Origin: the human T2T-CHM13v2.0 reference genome, Homo sapiens
Length of the DNA: 64,000 nt
Assembly (NCBI RefSeq): GCF_009914755.1
Contig: NC_060947.1
Reading direction: 5' to 3' (one strand)
This document shows positions 45,704 through 62,389 of the stretch, one piece after another. Under the pieces are notes generated by a model. The model worked only from the letters and a program-made list of their open reading frames with translations. It was not told the origin of the DNA and ran no database searches. The translations under genes were made by a program, and so were the position numbers. The first letter of the stretch is position 1; each line of letters starts with the position of its first letter.

Positions 45704-47996
45704 GTAAGAGAAGAGCACTTAGTGGACCAGGTGAATGGAGTATGATCCGGGTAGGCATGGGACAATGATCGAAAGTTAACCTGTGGCCTCTGTCTGTTTA
45801 GTTGTTTAGCCCAACTCTTGTGGTCTTTATGTTTTATGTATGAAGTTTGTTAAAAGCTTTAATATATATGTATAGGGTGAAACTGGGTCACCTTGATGTG
45901 CTGGTCACTGAGTCACAGGACTGTGACTTTGGGGAGGCCACCTAACTTCTCTGGGCGTGGTTTCCTCTCCTATAAAATGAAGATGTCTGAGGACCTTTCT
46001 AGACAAGTCCGAAGGATCAGAGTATCTTACCACATTTCAGCCTCACCTGTTACAGAGCTCTGGGCAGAGAACCTCATGATGGTCTTGCAAGGTGACTCCA
46101 TTCTCTGTCTAGATCAGTTTTGCCCAATTCCCAGTGCTTTAACATGAGAGGGAGTTGCATCAGTGTGTAGTCTTTGTTTTACTTTTGTTCTTGGAATGGC
46201 AGATTGTAGCTCCTGTAGAAGGAAAAGAAGAAGAAATAAGGAATTAGCATTGCTCTACATTGACTCATGCTAGATGTCAATCTGAGATACATGTAAAACG
46301 TAAGCACATACAAGATAAAGAAACAGATTGTGGCAATATTTAAAAATATCCTAGCTTTCTAAATTAGAAGCAGTTCTGATAAGCCTATTTGGAATTCATG
46401 CAAAACATCCATAACTCTGACAGTCTGAATTGTACATGGCAAAGGTAAATTGCTTCCAGGCAGTAATTCTAGGTGCAGGTTTAGATGGACTATACGGTAA
46501 TCAAGTCTCCATTGCTTTACAGATAGCCCTCACTCCTTGGCCTCTTACTTTCCAGATTGCTTCTTTGTTAGCCTCCCTGTTGGCTCCTTCCTCTTTTCAT
46601 TCTCTTTAATGTCTCTATTCCCCAGTGTTCTGCTTTTGCCTCTATAGCTTTACTCTATAAGCTCTCCCTGGCTATTTTATCTTCTCTAATCACTTCAGCT
46701 ATTGTCAGCAACCTGATGACCTATTTAATCTGACTCTCTGGTCCTGATTTATTTCCTGAGCTCCAAACCCAGGCTTCTCCTGCCTGTGGGATATTTCAAC
46801 AGTGAGGTCTCACAAGTACTGAAATTTAGCACACTGCTGACTGAACTCACGATTTTTCTCCACCATAAACTCGCTTGTCCCCCTTCATGTCCGACTCTTG
46901 TACCCTTTAATACCCTATTGCAATGAATATCATCATCTCTTAGACTGTAAATTATAAGAAGGCAGAAACCATGTCTATCTTGTCCACCCCTTGTAACCAC
47001 AGCACCTAGCATAGTGCCTGGCACATGGTAGACACCCAGTAAATATTGTCAAGTGAATGATGAATCTATTTATTCTTCCAAACTAAAAACCCTGGAATCC
47101 TCCTCGATGTCTCTGTCTCCCTCACTCTCCATGCCCAGTCTGAGACCTGTGGGGTTTGTTACATAAAACCCTTTTACATTTGGCTCCTTCTTCCCCTTCA
47201 TCCCCGCTGCCATGACTTTAATTCAGCCCTTACCATCTATCTCCTGGATTATTGCAGGAGCCTCCTCATTGGTCTTCCTGTTACCTGCTTTTCCCCATTC
47301 ATCACCATCTGATCCCCAGAGTGATCTTGCAGCTTGAATCTAATCAGCTTACCCTCAGGCTCCCCTTGACTTAAACAGAGTTTGCAATCTGGCAGCTTTA
47401 AGCGGAATCCACGCAGTCTGTACGGCATTTTGAGAAAATGAGAATGACTGTATTTTGTTGATTCTAAGATGCATTTTTTTTTCACATTTTAGCAGCTCTG
47501 ATATTGGGATGTGTCTTGAAATGGACAGTGACATAGTTTGATCAGTGGTGTTCTCTCTTATTGGTACATAAAACAGCAGTGTACCCTGTAATCAGTGGCT
47601 TCATAAATTTGCTGAAAAATACTCATGCTAACATTTAAAAATAAGGAGATCGTACATAAAACTATCTTCAGCTTCTCTTGGAAAATTACATCAGGCAACA
47701 CTGGGCTGCGATTTCTGGATAGCAGCCGAAGATGGAGCTACCAGTAAGTAGCAGCTACCTCATTTAGACAAAAACTCGCTACAGTGTCTCATGGTTTCCA
47801 CCCAGGCTGCTTTAGTCATTTGTATTATCTGCCCCAGCCCATTAAGCATTTGAAAGGACAATCCCTGACTGATAAGTTGAAGTCCAGATTCTTTGTTGTG
47901 ATTTATAAGAACACAGGTGGCACCAACCTACCTCCCCCAGGTTAATGCTCCCAACCTTTGCTGTGTACTCTATGTATCCCCTAATCTCAAATATAA

Positions 47997-48476
<480 letters not shown>

Positions 48477-49078
48477 AGTTCTGTGAATTTTAACACATGG
48501 ATAGATTAGCATAACCACCATCATCATCAGGATATAGAACATGCCCCCCAAAACTCCCTCCTGCTAGCCCTTTGTAGTCACTCCCCTCCCTCACCCATAA
48601 ACCCCTGGTAACCACTGATCAGTTCCCTGTCACTATAGTTTTGTCTTTTTGAGAATGCGATATAACTGTCTGTATCCCTTTCAGCATGGCCTCTTCCACT
48701 CAGCATAATGCCTTTGAGACCCATCCAGGTTGTGTGTATCAGCTTCATTTGTTTTTATTGCTAAGTAGCATTTCATTGTATGGATGTCCCACAGTTTGTG
48801 GGACACTCACGGAAGGACATTTAAGCTGTTTTCAATGTTTGACCGTATGAACCTGCATACACGTTTTTGCATGAATAGAAAATTTTATTTCTCTAGGATA
48901 GCTACCCAGGAGTAGGATTGCTGTCGTATGGTAAGTGTATGTTCAACTTTATAAGAAAGTACCAAACTCTTTTTCAGAGTGACTGTACCACTTTGCATTC
49001 CTGCCAGCAAAGTGTTAGAGTTCGAGTTGCTCCACATTCTAGCCAGCACTGGATATTGTATTAAAAAAAAAAATTTTA

Positions 49079-49346
<268 letters not shown>

Positions 49347-49539
49347 CCCCCCCACCCAAATTTAGCCATATTCATAGACATATAGTGGTATCTCATGGTT
49401 TTAATTTTAATTTCTGCTTCCTTGAATCTGGCCTGGAGGAACTGGAGGGAACAAAAGGTAAACTCACTGTCAGTTCAGTGGTACTTCAAACTCTGATCTG
49501 TTTCCTTCATCTGCCGTCTGTTATTTACTTTTCAGAGTC

Positions 49540-50120
49540 CTCATGTTACTTGTTTATTGCTGTGGGACAGATTACCAAAAAATCTAGTGGCTTAAAACAA
49601 CACATGTTTATGATCTTACAGTTTCTGTGGGGCAGAAACCCAGGCGTGGCTTACCTGGGCCCTCTACGTCAGCATCTGTCGTGAGCTGCTGCACACAATG
49701 TGTTGACTGGGCTGCTGTCATCTGAAGGTTTGACTGGGGAGGGATCCACTTCCAAGCCCGTATGGTTGTTGACAAGAGTCAGTTCCTCATGGTCTGTTTG
49801 ACTGAGGGCCTTAGTTCCTTGCTGGCTTTTGGCTAGAGACTTCCCCCAGTCCTTTGCCACTTGGGCTTCTCCCACATGGCAGCTTACTTCATTGAAAGCA
49901 CAAAAGCTGTGAAGATAATAGGGTCTGCTAGCAAGACAGAAAATCACAGTCTTTTATAACCTAGTCATAGAAGTGACATCCCAATACCATTGCCATGCTC
50001 AATTGATTAGAAGCAAGTTTCTGGGTCCAGCCTATGCTGAAGAGAAGGGATGAACACAGTGGTGTGAATTGACCAGGAGGAAGGGATCATTGGGGGCAGC
50101 TTAGAGTCTGTCTGCCACAG
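49540..50120 (-). mobile_element. MLT1F-like MaLR LTR
   Basis: 'tagtggcttaaaacaacacatgtttat...ggatccacttccaagc...tagagtctgtctgccaca'. Confidence 0.7.
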
Positions 50121-50764
50121 TCCTCAAATAGCTGTTTCATGGATTCTGTCCAGGTTTTATAGCTTTGTCCCATGAGAGAGAAAGAGTAGAGTGGGTAAAA
50201 TGTCCCTTTTCCATCTTACCCAGACCAGAACCTTCTGTGAAGCTTTTTGATTTGATTTATGAACATTCAGGGTTAATTTAAGGAATTTCTTTAAACTCAA
50301 GCCATCGAGGACCAAGCTAGGGTTAGATTAAGCAGTGGTCCGAATTAAAATTCTGATATCTATTAATCTATTTATTAAATCACAACCAAGGAAAGCTCAA
50401 CTTTTGTATCTAAGATGGAGCCTTTCGAAAGCTGAATTTCCCCACCTTAAAACGTGATGGCTGTTTTAGCCTGTCATTGTGGCTGCTCACCAGGTGACCC
50501 CAATAGAAACATCTGGCAAGCACTGACTTTTATGAATTTCTTCCATCTGATAGTGACTCATAACCCACTTTTAATTTCTTTTAATGACTTCCTAATGACT
50601 TGCCAGATCTGGCCTCTCTTTTCTCCTAGTTAATGTGATTTTTCAGTACCCAGAATTCACCCTTGAAAATATGCTTGATCCTTTCTCTATTTAAGTGAAA
50701 AATTACTTGGTATTCCTTTCTTCTCTTCACAAGGGAGCAGGATCTTTAAATTAGAGTCCTTCGA

Positions 50765-51061
50765 TTTTTTTTTTCTTTTGAGACAAGGTCTTCCTCTGTT
50801 GCCTAGGCTGGAGTATAGTGGCTCTATCATGGCTTACTGCAGCCTCGATCTTGCAGGCTCAAGTGATCCTCCTGCCTCAGCCTCCCAAGTAGCTGTGAGA
50901 ACAGGCATGTCCCACCACACCCAGCTAATTTTTTTTTTTTTTTTAGTAGAGAGGTCTTGCTATGTTGCCCAGGCTGGTCTCCAGCTCATCAGCTCAAGCA
51001 ATCCTCCTTGCTCAGCCTCCCAAAGTGCTGGGATTACAGGTATGAGCCACTGCCCCCAGCC
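50765..51061 (-). mobile_element. Alu (J-like)
   Basis: Alu consensus. Confidence 0.85.
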
Positions 51062-52453
51062 TTTTTGAACTTTTTTCATCATGGACCCCTCACAGTAAGT
51101 TTCGTGAGAATGGACCAAGCATATTTATTTATTTACAGCTAATACTGCTGAACTCATTTATTGTGTACATGATCAAATATACATGGAAATAGAAAAGTTA
51201 ACAAGAATAAGAAAATAGATAAAAATATGAGTTCTGATGTTTTGCTTTCTGCTCTCCAGCAGATCTCTGTGCATGTGCTGTGGGGAAGCTACCCCAGTTT
51301 TGGAGACTACTAGGGGTTAGGAAGTGGTGATTGGGTGTGATTGCTTGCCAGTGGCCCCAGCATCAGGAGGCTAGCTCAGAGTCAGAAGAGCTGGGAGGCC
51401 AGCCCTGTCTGAGCTTCCCCCCTTTGGTGCTACGGGGCTTCGAGGTATCAGGAGCCACAAGCAGACACCTTAAGTACCCACCATCAAATAGATCTGCACA
51501 TGCCGCTGTTTTCTTAGTCTCCTCTCCAGTCCAGCTGCTTCACCTCAATTCTAGCATACTCCTCAGGGTATGTCATGATCAATAATGGGAGCTGCCCATT
51601 AGAACTACTTTGCCTTGGCAGAAATTGGAACTGTGGCCAGCTCCAGGAAGCTTGTGAAATAGGAGAGGCTTGCCTACAAATCCCTCTCTCCCTTGAGAGG
51701 TAGCCAGGCTTCTCCATTCCCCTCTGTCTTTCCATAGTTTGCTATTGCCATGGACTAACTAAATGTCCTGGGTTGGGATCCCTCAGAAGCAGAGCCTGAG
51801 ATAAACATTTGAGAGCAAGTTTATTTGGAAGGCAGGAGCAAAGAAAGTACAGCAGTGGGGAAGTGAGAAAGGAAGGGAAGGCAATCAAGAGAGATTAAGT
51901 CCAGCCTGAAGAGGTGGAGAGGGCAGCCATTTTTCAATCTTAACATCCGGGCACCTTTATGTAATTGCAGCATTATCATTAGGAAAGAAGTTCATTTTGA
52001 TTTCTAGTTCCCCTCTCCCATTTCACACCCTAGTTAAGTACTGTAGAATATGCATAGCTATGAGAACCCCCTCTTCCCACCTCTTTTCCTCTGGCTGATG
52101 CCTAGTCAGTCATCAGGTCTCGGCCCGTGCATCACTTCTAGGAAGCCTTCCGTCATCCCCCTTTCTGAGATAGGGCTCTTTCTCTGCGCCCCTGGAGTGT
52201 CTCGTACCTGTTTTATTAGATATTTTATCATACCATATTGCTTTCATTTATTCATGTAATAGATATTTATTATGTGCCTGGCACTGTTTTAAGAACCTAG
52301 TATGTATATTTCAATATCCAATCATGTGTATTTTTTTTTCTCTGCCATTTGTGTCTCTGTCCCTCAGTAGCACCTGCTACATAGGAGGTGCTTGCCACAT
52401 AGGAGGTTTAAAACTGTTAACATCACTCTGCCCATCATTTTTTCTTTTTTCAG

Positions 52454-52540
52454 GCTGGGAGAACACATCCCTGGTCAGCTGTAGGAAAGCCAGAGAGCAT
52501 TTGAGAAGAGGCTGAAGCTTGAATTTTGCAAACACACAAG
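52454..52540 (+). other. PPEF1: Probable PPEF1 5'UTR exon (87 bp)
   Basis: Strong T-rich acceptor (tttctttttt cAG) and a weaker AAG|GTGCTG donor. Confidence 0.55.
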
Positions 52541-53116
52541 GTGCTGACTGAGGCAGTAGAGTGTAATGATTATAATAAGCAGGGGTTCTAGAGCCAAAGT
52601 GCCCGGGTTCAACTCCCAGTTCCACCCCTCATTTGCTGTTTGACTTTAGGCCACAATTCCTAATGGGTGAAGAGGGATCGTAATAGTATATACCTCAGAG
52701 GATGGTGTGTGGATTAAATAAGATTAACATATGTAAAATTTAAAAGTACCTAGAACATGGTCAGTGCTCAATAGATATTATCATTATTGTGATTTATTCA
52801 CTTACATCAGTGTTGGTTCATTTAACAGTTGGAGGCTGACCATAAGACCCCTTTGGTGCTCACAGTAACATTTCAGTGTTCTTTCTACAATGGAAAAATA
52901 CAATGAAGTTATTCATTCAAAGCAAATTCTGAGTTTTCAACAAATCACATAAAGGGCACAGCCAATCCAATTCGTGGTCCAGGAGCTGGCCATTAAAATA
53001 ACAACCTAAATCATGAGTTTTTTTTCCCTGCTTTCCTTTCTTTCTGTGGTTAAACAAATATTTGGTGAGTACCTCTTTTGCATTCAGTAATGAGTAGGTT
53101 TAAAACTGAGGGTGTG

Positions 53117-53452
<336 letters not shown>

Positions 53453-54847
53453 TTAGGATTTCACATGTAAAAGGGCAAATTACAGCACACTTTGAGCAGC
53501 TCTATAATTGGACGCACACATGGCTTTGAGAGCCAGAAGACAGAGTGACTAATTCCCCTTTGGTGATTCAGGAAAGGCTTCACACAGAGGAGGTGACATT
53601 GGAACAACTGTATCTAGACATAGCCATAATTTAATGGCTGAGGATTGAATAGGCATTTGGTTGGGAGAGCCAGCTGTATAGCTACATTGTCCACTATTTT
53701 TTTTGGAGCCTGAGTAATTATGCTATCATTTACAATTTGTGTAGCAGCCTCATCAGGTCCTACTCTTGGCGTCCCCACCATGGAAACCTGAGTGGTCGTA
53801 TTGCCTCATAATGAGGCCCTCTGGTGATGTTAATATACTAATAGGACAGAAGCCCAGAGCCACCTTGCCAGTTATTTTTCAAGTAACTCCATCCGATTAA
53901 ATGGCAAACTAGGTAACCACTTTACTAGATCTCCCGTGGCTCTCAATTGCAGAAAGGAATCGAGCTAAAGAGCAGCTTGGGTGGGGTTATGAAATGTTTA
54001 TGGCTGGAGTCCTGTAAATTTTAGCTGGCAAAGCCTAAGACCAGTAAGCTTGAAAACACGTATGCTGTGTCACCAGCTAGGAAGAGTTTGCCAGGGAAAC
54101 TGCTGGCAGCGCGGCCGCGATCAGTATAAGACTCTGTGAACAAGAAGACCACCACTAGATTGCCTCGAACATAGCAGAACTGTGGCTGCTGGCATCCATT
54201 ACTGCCATGGGCACTTTGAATTTTCAAGTATGTCTTTCTCCTCCCCTAAACTCAGCAAGATTACAGGCCAACTTTCCTTTCCCTTTCTGCTGATGAAGGG
54301 AGGTCATTCTCCCTTCACAGGTAGGTTCTCCAATAAGGAGCTACTGAACAGCTGGTGGAGTATAAATGTCTTATGACCCAGTGGCTGCTCCCTCAAACCC
54401 ACACCTTTCTAGAACCAAGGAAAAATGTTTAGTTTTTCCACTTCTCTTAATTGTACCAGGTTAATGTAACGTTTTCTAAAAATTATCCTCAGTTTACCTA
54501 AAGAGTGCTTTTCTGCTCTTATTTACTGAAATTCTCTTTTCTATTTTGTATTGATGGCAGATTATGCACACAATAGCGTGGTCCTGCCCATGCGGAGCCT
54601 GGTCCCTTTGGAAGCAGTCACGTGGCCGCTGACTTTGCAGCCCATTACTTGAGTGCATCTCCAGGCCAGGAACAGAGCAGGGCTGGGGCAGAGAGCTGTG
54701 CTCACGGCCAGTGCATTGTCTCCCAGATTCGTGGCTCTGGGCTTGCCTTCCCGGCTGAAAGGCAAAGCAGCCTGGCCCTGTTCTAGTTATTTCTTTGTGT
54801 ATATATGTTTGTTTATTTATTTAAGCAAGAGCTCTCTCTGCAGAGTG

Positions 54848-54849
<2 letters not shown>

Positions 54850-54894
<45 letters not shown>

Positions 54895-54897
54895 TGT
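54850..54897. repeat. (GT)n microsatellite
   Basis: Directly visible. Confidence 0.95.
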
Positions 54898-54941
54898 GGG
54901 GTGCTTCAGAGAGGGCTGAAATTGTACCTCTTTTCTTTCAG

Positions 54942-55044
54942 CCCTCTGCATTTCCCCAGAGAGAAGGTTTTTTTCTCGTCTTCATTTCCTTTGAAACACC
55001 TGGGGTGAGGAAAAACCTCTACATTGGCCAAGCAGAAGAAACAG
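54942..55044 (+). other. PPEF1: Probable PPEF1 5'UTR exon (103 bp)
   Basis: ctcttttctttcAG acceptor and CAG|GTAATA donor. Confidence 0.6.
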
Positions 55045-58000
55045 GTAATATGTTTGTTTATTCTTAGGCATTTGGGGCAAGCAGAAGTCTACATCATAAA
55101 CATATATCGTGTGGCAATGGAACAGGGAATGTGTACTCCTTGGAGTATATCTTACTGCTTTGCAATTTCTCGGAATGATTGTTCTCAAAAATGCTGGTTG
55201 TAAATCAGTTGCCATCAGTTGAAGAAGACGTACAGATGACTTGGCAATCTGAAGGATTGTGGCCTATTTCAAATGAACTTGATATTTGGAAAATCTCCAC
55301 AGTCACTTGGATTGAGAGCCAGAAAATGAGGGAAGGGGTCCTTTGAGAAACCCTTCTAGGTCCCCTCAGGGAGTATTCTCCAAACTCCACTGCACACCTT
55401 CATATTTAGAAATCTTCCTTTAGTTCCCTTGGCGTCTTGTCGTCTTAGAGGTTTCTAGCTATCTGTAAGAATGGAACCAGAATTCCTTACAGTGTTCAAA
55501 ATTCTCTTTAGTGATTTAGTTCGTATGCGAACTGATCAGATTGGATCCTGAAACCAAGGCATAGCCTTTTAGTGGGCAGACATTTTTGTTCTTTAATGAT
55601 TAAACAGAGCGAGTCTTCAGTTCTGCCACTAATCAGCTACGCCAGGGAGTGTGTTATTTGAGTCTCAGTTTTGTTCATCTGTAACATGGTGATGACGATA
55701 CTACCTTGAAAGTTTGCTGTGACAGTGAACTGAAATAATAGAAATATAAAGCACCCACTATGCTGGGTAAATAGTAGTCCCTTAATAAATAGTAGTGATT
55801 TTAGCTACTATTATGATTACTGGTATAGCATTCTTTCCGATCTTAGACCTCTCAAGGGAAAAGAGCCCATTGCTTTGCGACTCTTAAATTATACCAGAAC
55901 CTGTAGGTACCCAAAGGGTTTAGTCTTTGGGAAGCCCCAGACAAAGCATTCTGAAGAAAGAGACTTGAACAAACACAGTGGGTTCCCACCCATGCATGGC
56001 CCCTCCTAACTCATCAGCTAAAAACAGTTGGTCTTTGTTCAAGCTAGTTTTTTCCCACCACTCAGTCCTCAGTACAAGTCAGTAAGATATGCATTATTAT
56101 CACTGTTTTCTTATGAGGAAACTGAGGTACAGGGGAATTAATGACTAAGAGTTCAAACTCCTGTTGTCTGACTTCTAAACCCAAGGCTCCACTGGGCCAG
56201 CATTAGGCAGTTAGGAACAATAGTTCTTGAGATGCTTTACTTCAAAAGGGCCCCTTGCTAGGCTCTTTGGGAAATAGTGGTCAGCTCTTTCTGAGAGATT
56301 CACAATGTATGTTCATATATTAAAGGCTCTGAGAAGTCCTGCAGTAAAGAAACCTGTCCAGCTCTACATCCCCTGAACTTATTATGTAATAGTGGGACCT
56401 TTATTTTGGCCTTAGTCCTAGAATAATAAACCACATAGAACTATTCTTCCACAAACACACTTTGGAAAACCTGGCACCAGGCCACGCTGTTTCCTGATTA
56501 CAATCATGTCTGATATACCAGCAGACACTTTCAAACACCTTCTGGTGGTCAGTATAGTTTCCTCCCTTTTCTTATCCTCTCATGTGGCGAGACCCAGGAA
56601 GAATCACCAGCTTGGTCTTACAGACCTCCCCTTACTCATTTAAGACCCCAGACATAAGTAATTGCTCCACTGTTCTACTGGAAAGGTAGTGATGGAAGGG
56701 AACTCTCTGGCACGGGCTGCCAGGGACTCCTCTGCCTCACCCTATGCCTCTGCATTATATTTAGGCCACAGACATCAGGCTATAAAACCTCTGTGGCAAT
56801 GAATACCAAGCAGAATGCAATAGGGTGAGCCTGATGAGGCATCTGTTCCTCATGCTAGCACAATCTACGGGGGAAGAATTACACCTGCCTGCTTCACTCC
56901 CACTGTGGTGGTCGGGGGTGGGGGTAGAGGGTGTTGGTATCAGTTGAATGACTATGGGTTCCAGGTTTTCAGGACTAGAGCTAAAGCCAATTTCTTGCTA
57001 AAGCCAACATCTCTAGGAAAAGCTGAATTCTAGCATAGGAAACTACGAAACTGACATCTAGAATGCCAGAGAGGGTCGTGTCAGGGTGGCTGAGCCAAGG
57101 TGTGGAAGTTGGATAGAGATGAGCTTAGAAATCAGACCACCTTAAGAATGAACAAGAACAACTCGGGGAGGCTGGGCTAGTGGTTGGAGGGTGCTTGGTG
57201 GCGAACGTTAGTTTGTCCCCACGGCCTGTCTTTTGTACTTTCCTTGTATTTTCAGCATTGGAAGTGAAAGATTAGCATGAAAAAAATGGAAAATTATCAG
57301 TTCCACCCAGTCACCCCCAACACACACACAGTAAAAACCTTTTAGCGGAAGGCTTTCCTTTTGCAAATTATAAGTGAGTGCCAATGATGAGTCATTATTT
57401 CATGTTTACTCTTTAAAACCATCCTTGGTATATATTAGAAGGGACAGCAGCAATGGGCAAGTTTCAAGCTGTTTTTTTGCCAAGATCCACCCAGCGGCTC
57501 ATGTTACCCACTAGGACATTCTTGGGCGTTTGTGAACCCTGTGGAAGCCCCCCACCTCTTTGAGCCTGAGAACCCTTTTCAGGCCTCAGGGAATCACTTC
57601 TTCAGAGACTTCTTCAATGCACTTAAACGCTAACAGAGGGTGGGAAATGGAAGCAGCTTAGATTTTACCAAGTCATGGAAAATCCCCAATCATTTTTATC
57701 AGCTTTACGTCAGAGATGTCCTCAAAGGCTCACGCACTGCTTACAAACTCACTTCCCTCTCTCCTGGAAGTCTAGGTGGGGCAGTACATGGGAGGGGTAA
57801 GTGGCATCTTGCTTTAACCAGCTCATATTTTGGTGAGAATGAAAAAGAACTGACTTTTTTTGTAACCTATTACCTGAGAGAAAAACAGTTAAAAATAAAC
57901 TGATAATAATTATTTAATAATGTAAAAATTATTATAGCCAATTTTTTCTAATGGATAATCAAAAAATTCTAGAACATCATGTCTTTCCATCATGATTTTA

Positions 58001-58530
58001 AAACTTTCTTTAAAAATTATGTATAAGTACTACCCCTTTCTGATTTAATAAAATGCTTTTGTATAATTGAATAGCACCTACCTGTGCACAAAATGATGGA
58101 TTAATAATGACTTTTAGCAACTAAATTTTTAAAGAACTCTGGCCTAGGAATATTGATTCCTTTGTTCATTCATTCATTCATTTAGCATTATCCAACATCT
58201 GCAATGTGAAAGGCACCATGTAGGTGCCAGAGATTCAAGGGCTACTTTGGAAGTTGCCCGTGGGGCTAATAGTCTAACAGAAATATACTCAAGTTTGATG
58301 CTTTTTAGTTCTTACTGAATCTTTTATATGCAGTTGTGTTTGTTGTGGATTAACTGAGGGGTGACTGAAAACCAAATGCCTCTGGAGAGATATTGAGACA
58401 GTGCTTTTTTTTTTCTGGAAAAAGAAAATCGAAATTGAAATATGTCAATCAGTCCAATCAGTGTTTATGGCCTACTAAATGCTCAATTCTTTTTTTCCCC
58501 TGTTTTCTTTTTTAAATTAAAAAACATACC

Positions 58531-58835
58531 TTTTTTTTTTTTTTTTTTTAAAGTCAGGATTTCACTCTGTCACCCAGGCTGGAGTGCAGTGGTGTGATCA
58601 CGGCTCGCTGCATCCTTGACCTCCCAGGCTCAGGTGATCCTCCCACCTCAGCCTCCTGAGGAGCTGGGACTACAGATGTGCACCACCATGCCTGGCTAAT
58701 TTTTTGTATTTTTTGGTAGAGATGGGGTCTCCCTATGTTGCCCAGGCTGGTCTCGAACTCCTGGGCTCAAAGGATCCATCTGCCTCAGCCTCCCAAAGTG
58801 CTAGGATTACGAATGAGAGCCACTGTGCCCAGCCC
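58531..58835 (-). mobile_element. Alu (J-like)
   Basis: Alu consensus. Confidence 0.88.
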
Positions 58836-60041
58836 CAATTCTTATGTCTTCATAAAAAGGGGTGGAAAAAATAGCATGAGGATGGAGCGAAGCCCAAGCG
58901 AGATTTGGATACTGTTGGAAAATAGTGTTTCTTCAACTGAGATATGGGGATTCCTTGCATCAAAGTTCTCGGCATGGTGCACTTTAAATGTGTATTCCAA
59001 GGCACTGGACTTTTGAATCTGAGTATTGTTAGTAAAGCCTGGGAATCTGCATCCCCCCACCCCCAATAAGTCTTGTGAGCACTCGAGTTGGAGAGCACTG
59101 ATCTAGGCACCTGGAGAATGTCACCAGGACTAGATGAATTCCTAGATGAACAGTGCCCCAATTTCAAAAATGAGAAAAGAATATATGCTAGAAGCCACAG
59201 ACTTGATATGACCTCTGGAAAAATTCAGCTTGAAATAGATGGAGCCAAAGCATTTCTAGGAAAATGTGATCATCACTATGCAGCACCGTGGGTTTTCTAA
59301 AATACCGTCTCTATTACAGATTGTCAAACTTTGTTGTGTATTAGAATCTGGAAAACTGAAAAAAATCTTGATGCCTCATCCTCCACCCAGTACCAATTAT
59401 GTCAAATTATCTGGGGGTGGGACTTGGGCATCAGTATTTTTTAAACCCCAAGAGATTCTGACTTAATGAGGTGCAGGCTGAGTACTGGGAGTTTGAAAAG
59501 CTCCCCAGGTGACACTCATATGCAACGAAGTATGACAAGCACAGGTCTATATGACATGGGACAAGTTGCTTAACTTCCTTGCACTTTGTGTAAATACTAG
59601 GTAATTTTAAAGGTCTCTCTCACCTTTAAACTTCTATGATTTTGTATTAAAAATGTTGCCAAATTGATTTCCTTCCTTTCTTCCTCCCCTGCCCTTCCTT
59701 CCTTTTCTCCTCCTCCTTCCCTCTCTCTTCTTTTGCTGGAATAAGCTGGAATGTCAAAGTATCAAAATATATACATATCATCATTTTATTAAAATATTTA
59801 GTAAAATTCTCCAGGATGTCTCACAGATAAATGAGAGTTATGATAGGTGAGTTTACCAGCTAACTGAACAAATGTGCTCAGCGAGTATGAAGGTAACGGA
59901 TCTGTGGTGAACCTGGAGGATGGTTTGGAGTGGGATGCCACAGGGCTCATCCTGCCCTTGGATCTGATCTTGTTAATGTTCTTTAGCCATGATGTAGATA
60001 AGGAAGACACGAAAGAAATGCCTATCGAATTTGGAAATAAA

Positions 60042-60358
<317 letters not shown>

Positions 60359-60554
60359 TTAGGAAGGCTAATTCATTCAATACATAAAATAATCAGGTTC
60401 ACCTCTGGTCAGAAAATCTGTTTACTAAGCTTATTGTTATTTTCAAAACATGGCCATAGTTCAAATATTTTGCTTATTTTAGTTTTCCCTTTCTTCAGTC
60501 GAGTTGAAATTTTGAAGCTTTTGGTGTAGTACCAATGGAAAGATAGATATGTCA

Positions 60555-60846
<292 letters not shown>

Positions 60847-61070
60847 GGAATGCAAATATATTAGATCAGGTTGGTTTGGAGCATCACAAAATAAAGGAAA
60901 CATCACCCTAAAAAGTGACGTGACAGTATACTATGGAAAGGAATTTTGTTGAAAACTCCCGTGAAGTGATTATGGGAGTCAGGGAGCTCATGAGAAGGAC
61001 TATAGAACACAAAGTTAGACTCCAGAGGGGCCTCAGCAGTGCCCAGAGAGCTTGTTTAAAAGGGCACTCT

Positions 61071-61734
<664 letters not shown>

Positions 61735-62267
61735 TGCCTCCTTTTTTTTAAAACAAATGTTCCCAACTTATTCCGCGAAATACTGTCAAAGAACTCACTT
61801 TGAATTTCAGCATAGCTGTTAAATATGTTGTTTTTGTCTCATAGTCAACTTCCAATTTGTGTTTTTAAAAGCCTAGATAGGTTGAATTACTTTGAGCTGA
61901 AAACCAAAACAGTTAATTATGTCAGCTCCTCCACATCCCATTCCCCATATTTAAATTAGAAAATCGTACACTCTCATATTTCGATTTTTCTTTTCATTTT
62001 GAATGCTCTATTTTATACAGAGCTGGATGTGACCTAGACATGGAGAAACTCATTTATGTCTAGCAGAGAAGCAGCCTATAGCTGCTCTGTAGCTGCTGCT
62101 GTGTTTTGGAAAATAAGCCAGGATTAGATTATGTCTGATCACTTTCCACATCACATGATGAACAGCGATTCAGAAGAAGCGTAAAATGAATCCTGCTGAG
62201 CAGCCCCTCAGCTACCATGTGGTTAACTGGCGGTTTCCTTCCCTCCCTCCTGTGTATTCCTCATTAG

Positions 62268-62389
62268 AATCTATGACTGAAGAGGATCGGCTAAGAGTGG
62301 TTCCTCGCAGCTTAAAGGGAGGCACTTTTCACACTCTGTCTTAAAATCAGAAGTTGAATTCATGAACACATATGATTTAGATAGAAGTC
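62268..62389 (+). other. PPEF1: 5'UTR part of the PPEF1 first coding exon
   Basis: Pyrimidine tract then cattAG at 62266-62267. An alternative acceptor is possible at 62309-62310. Confidence 0.55.
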
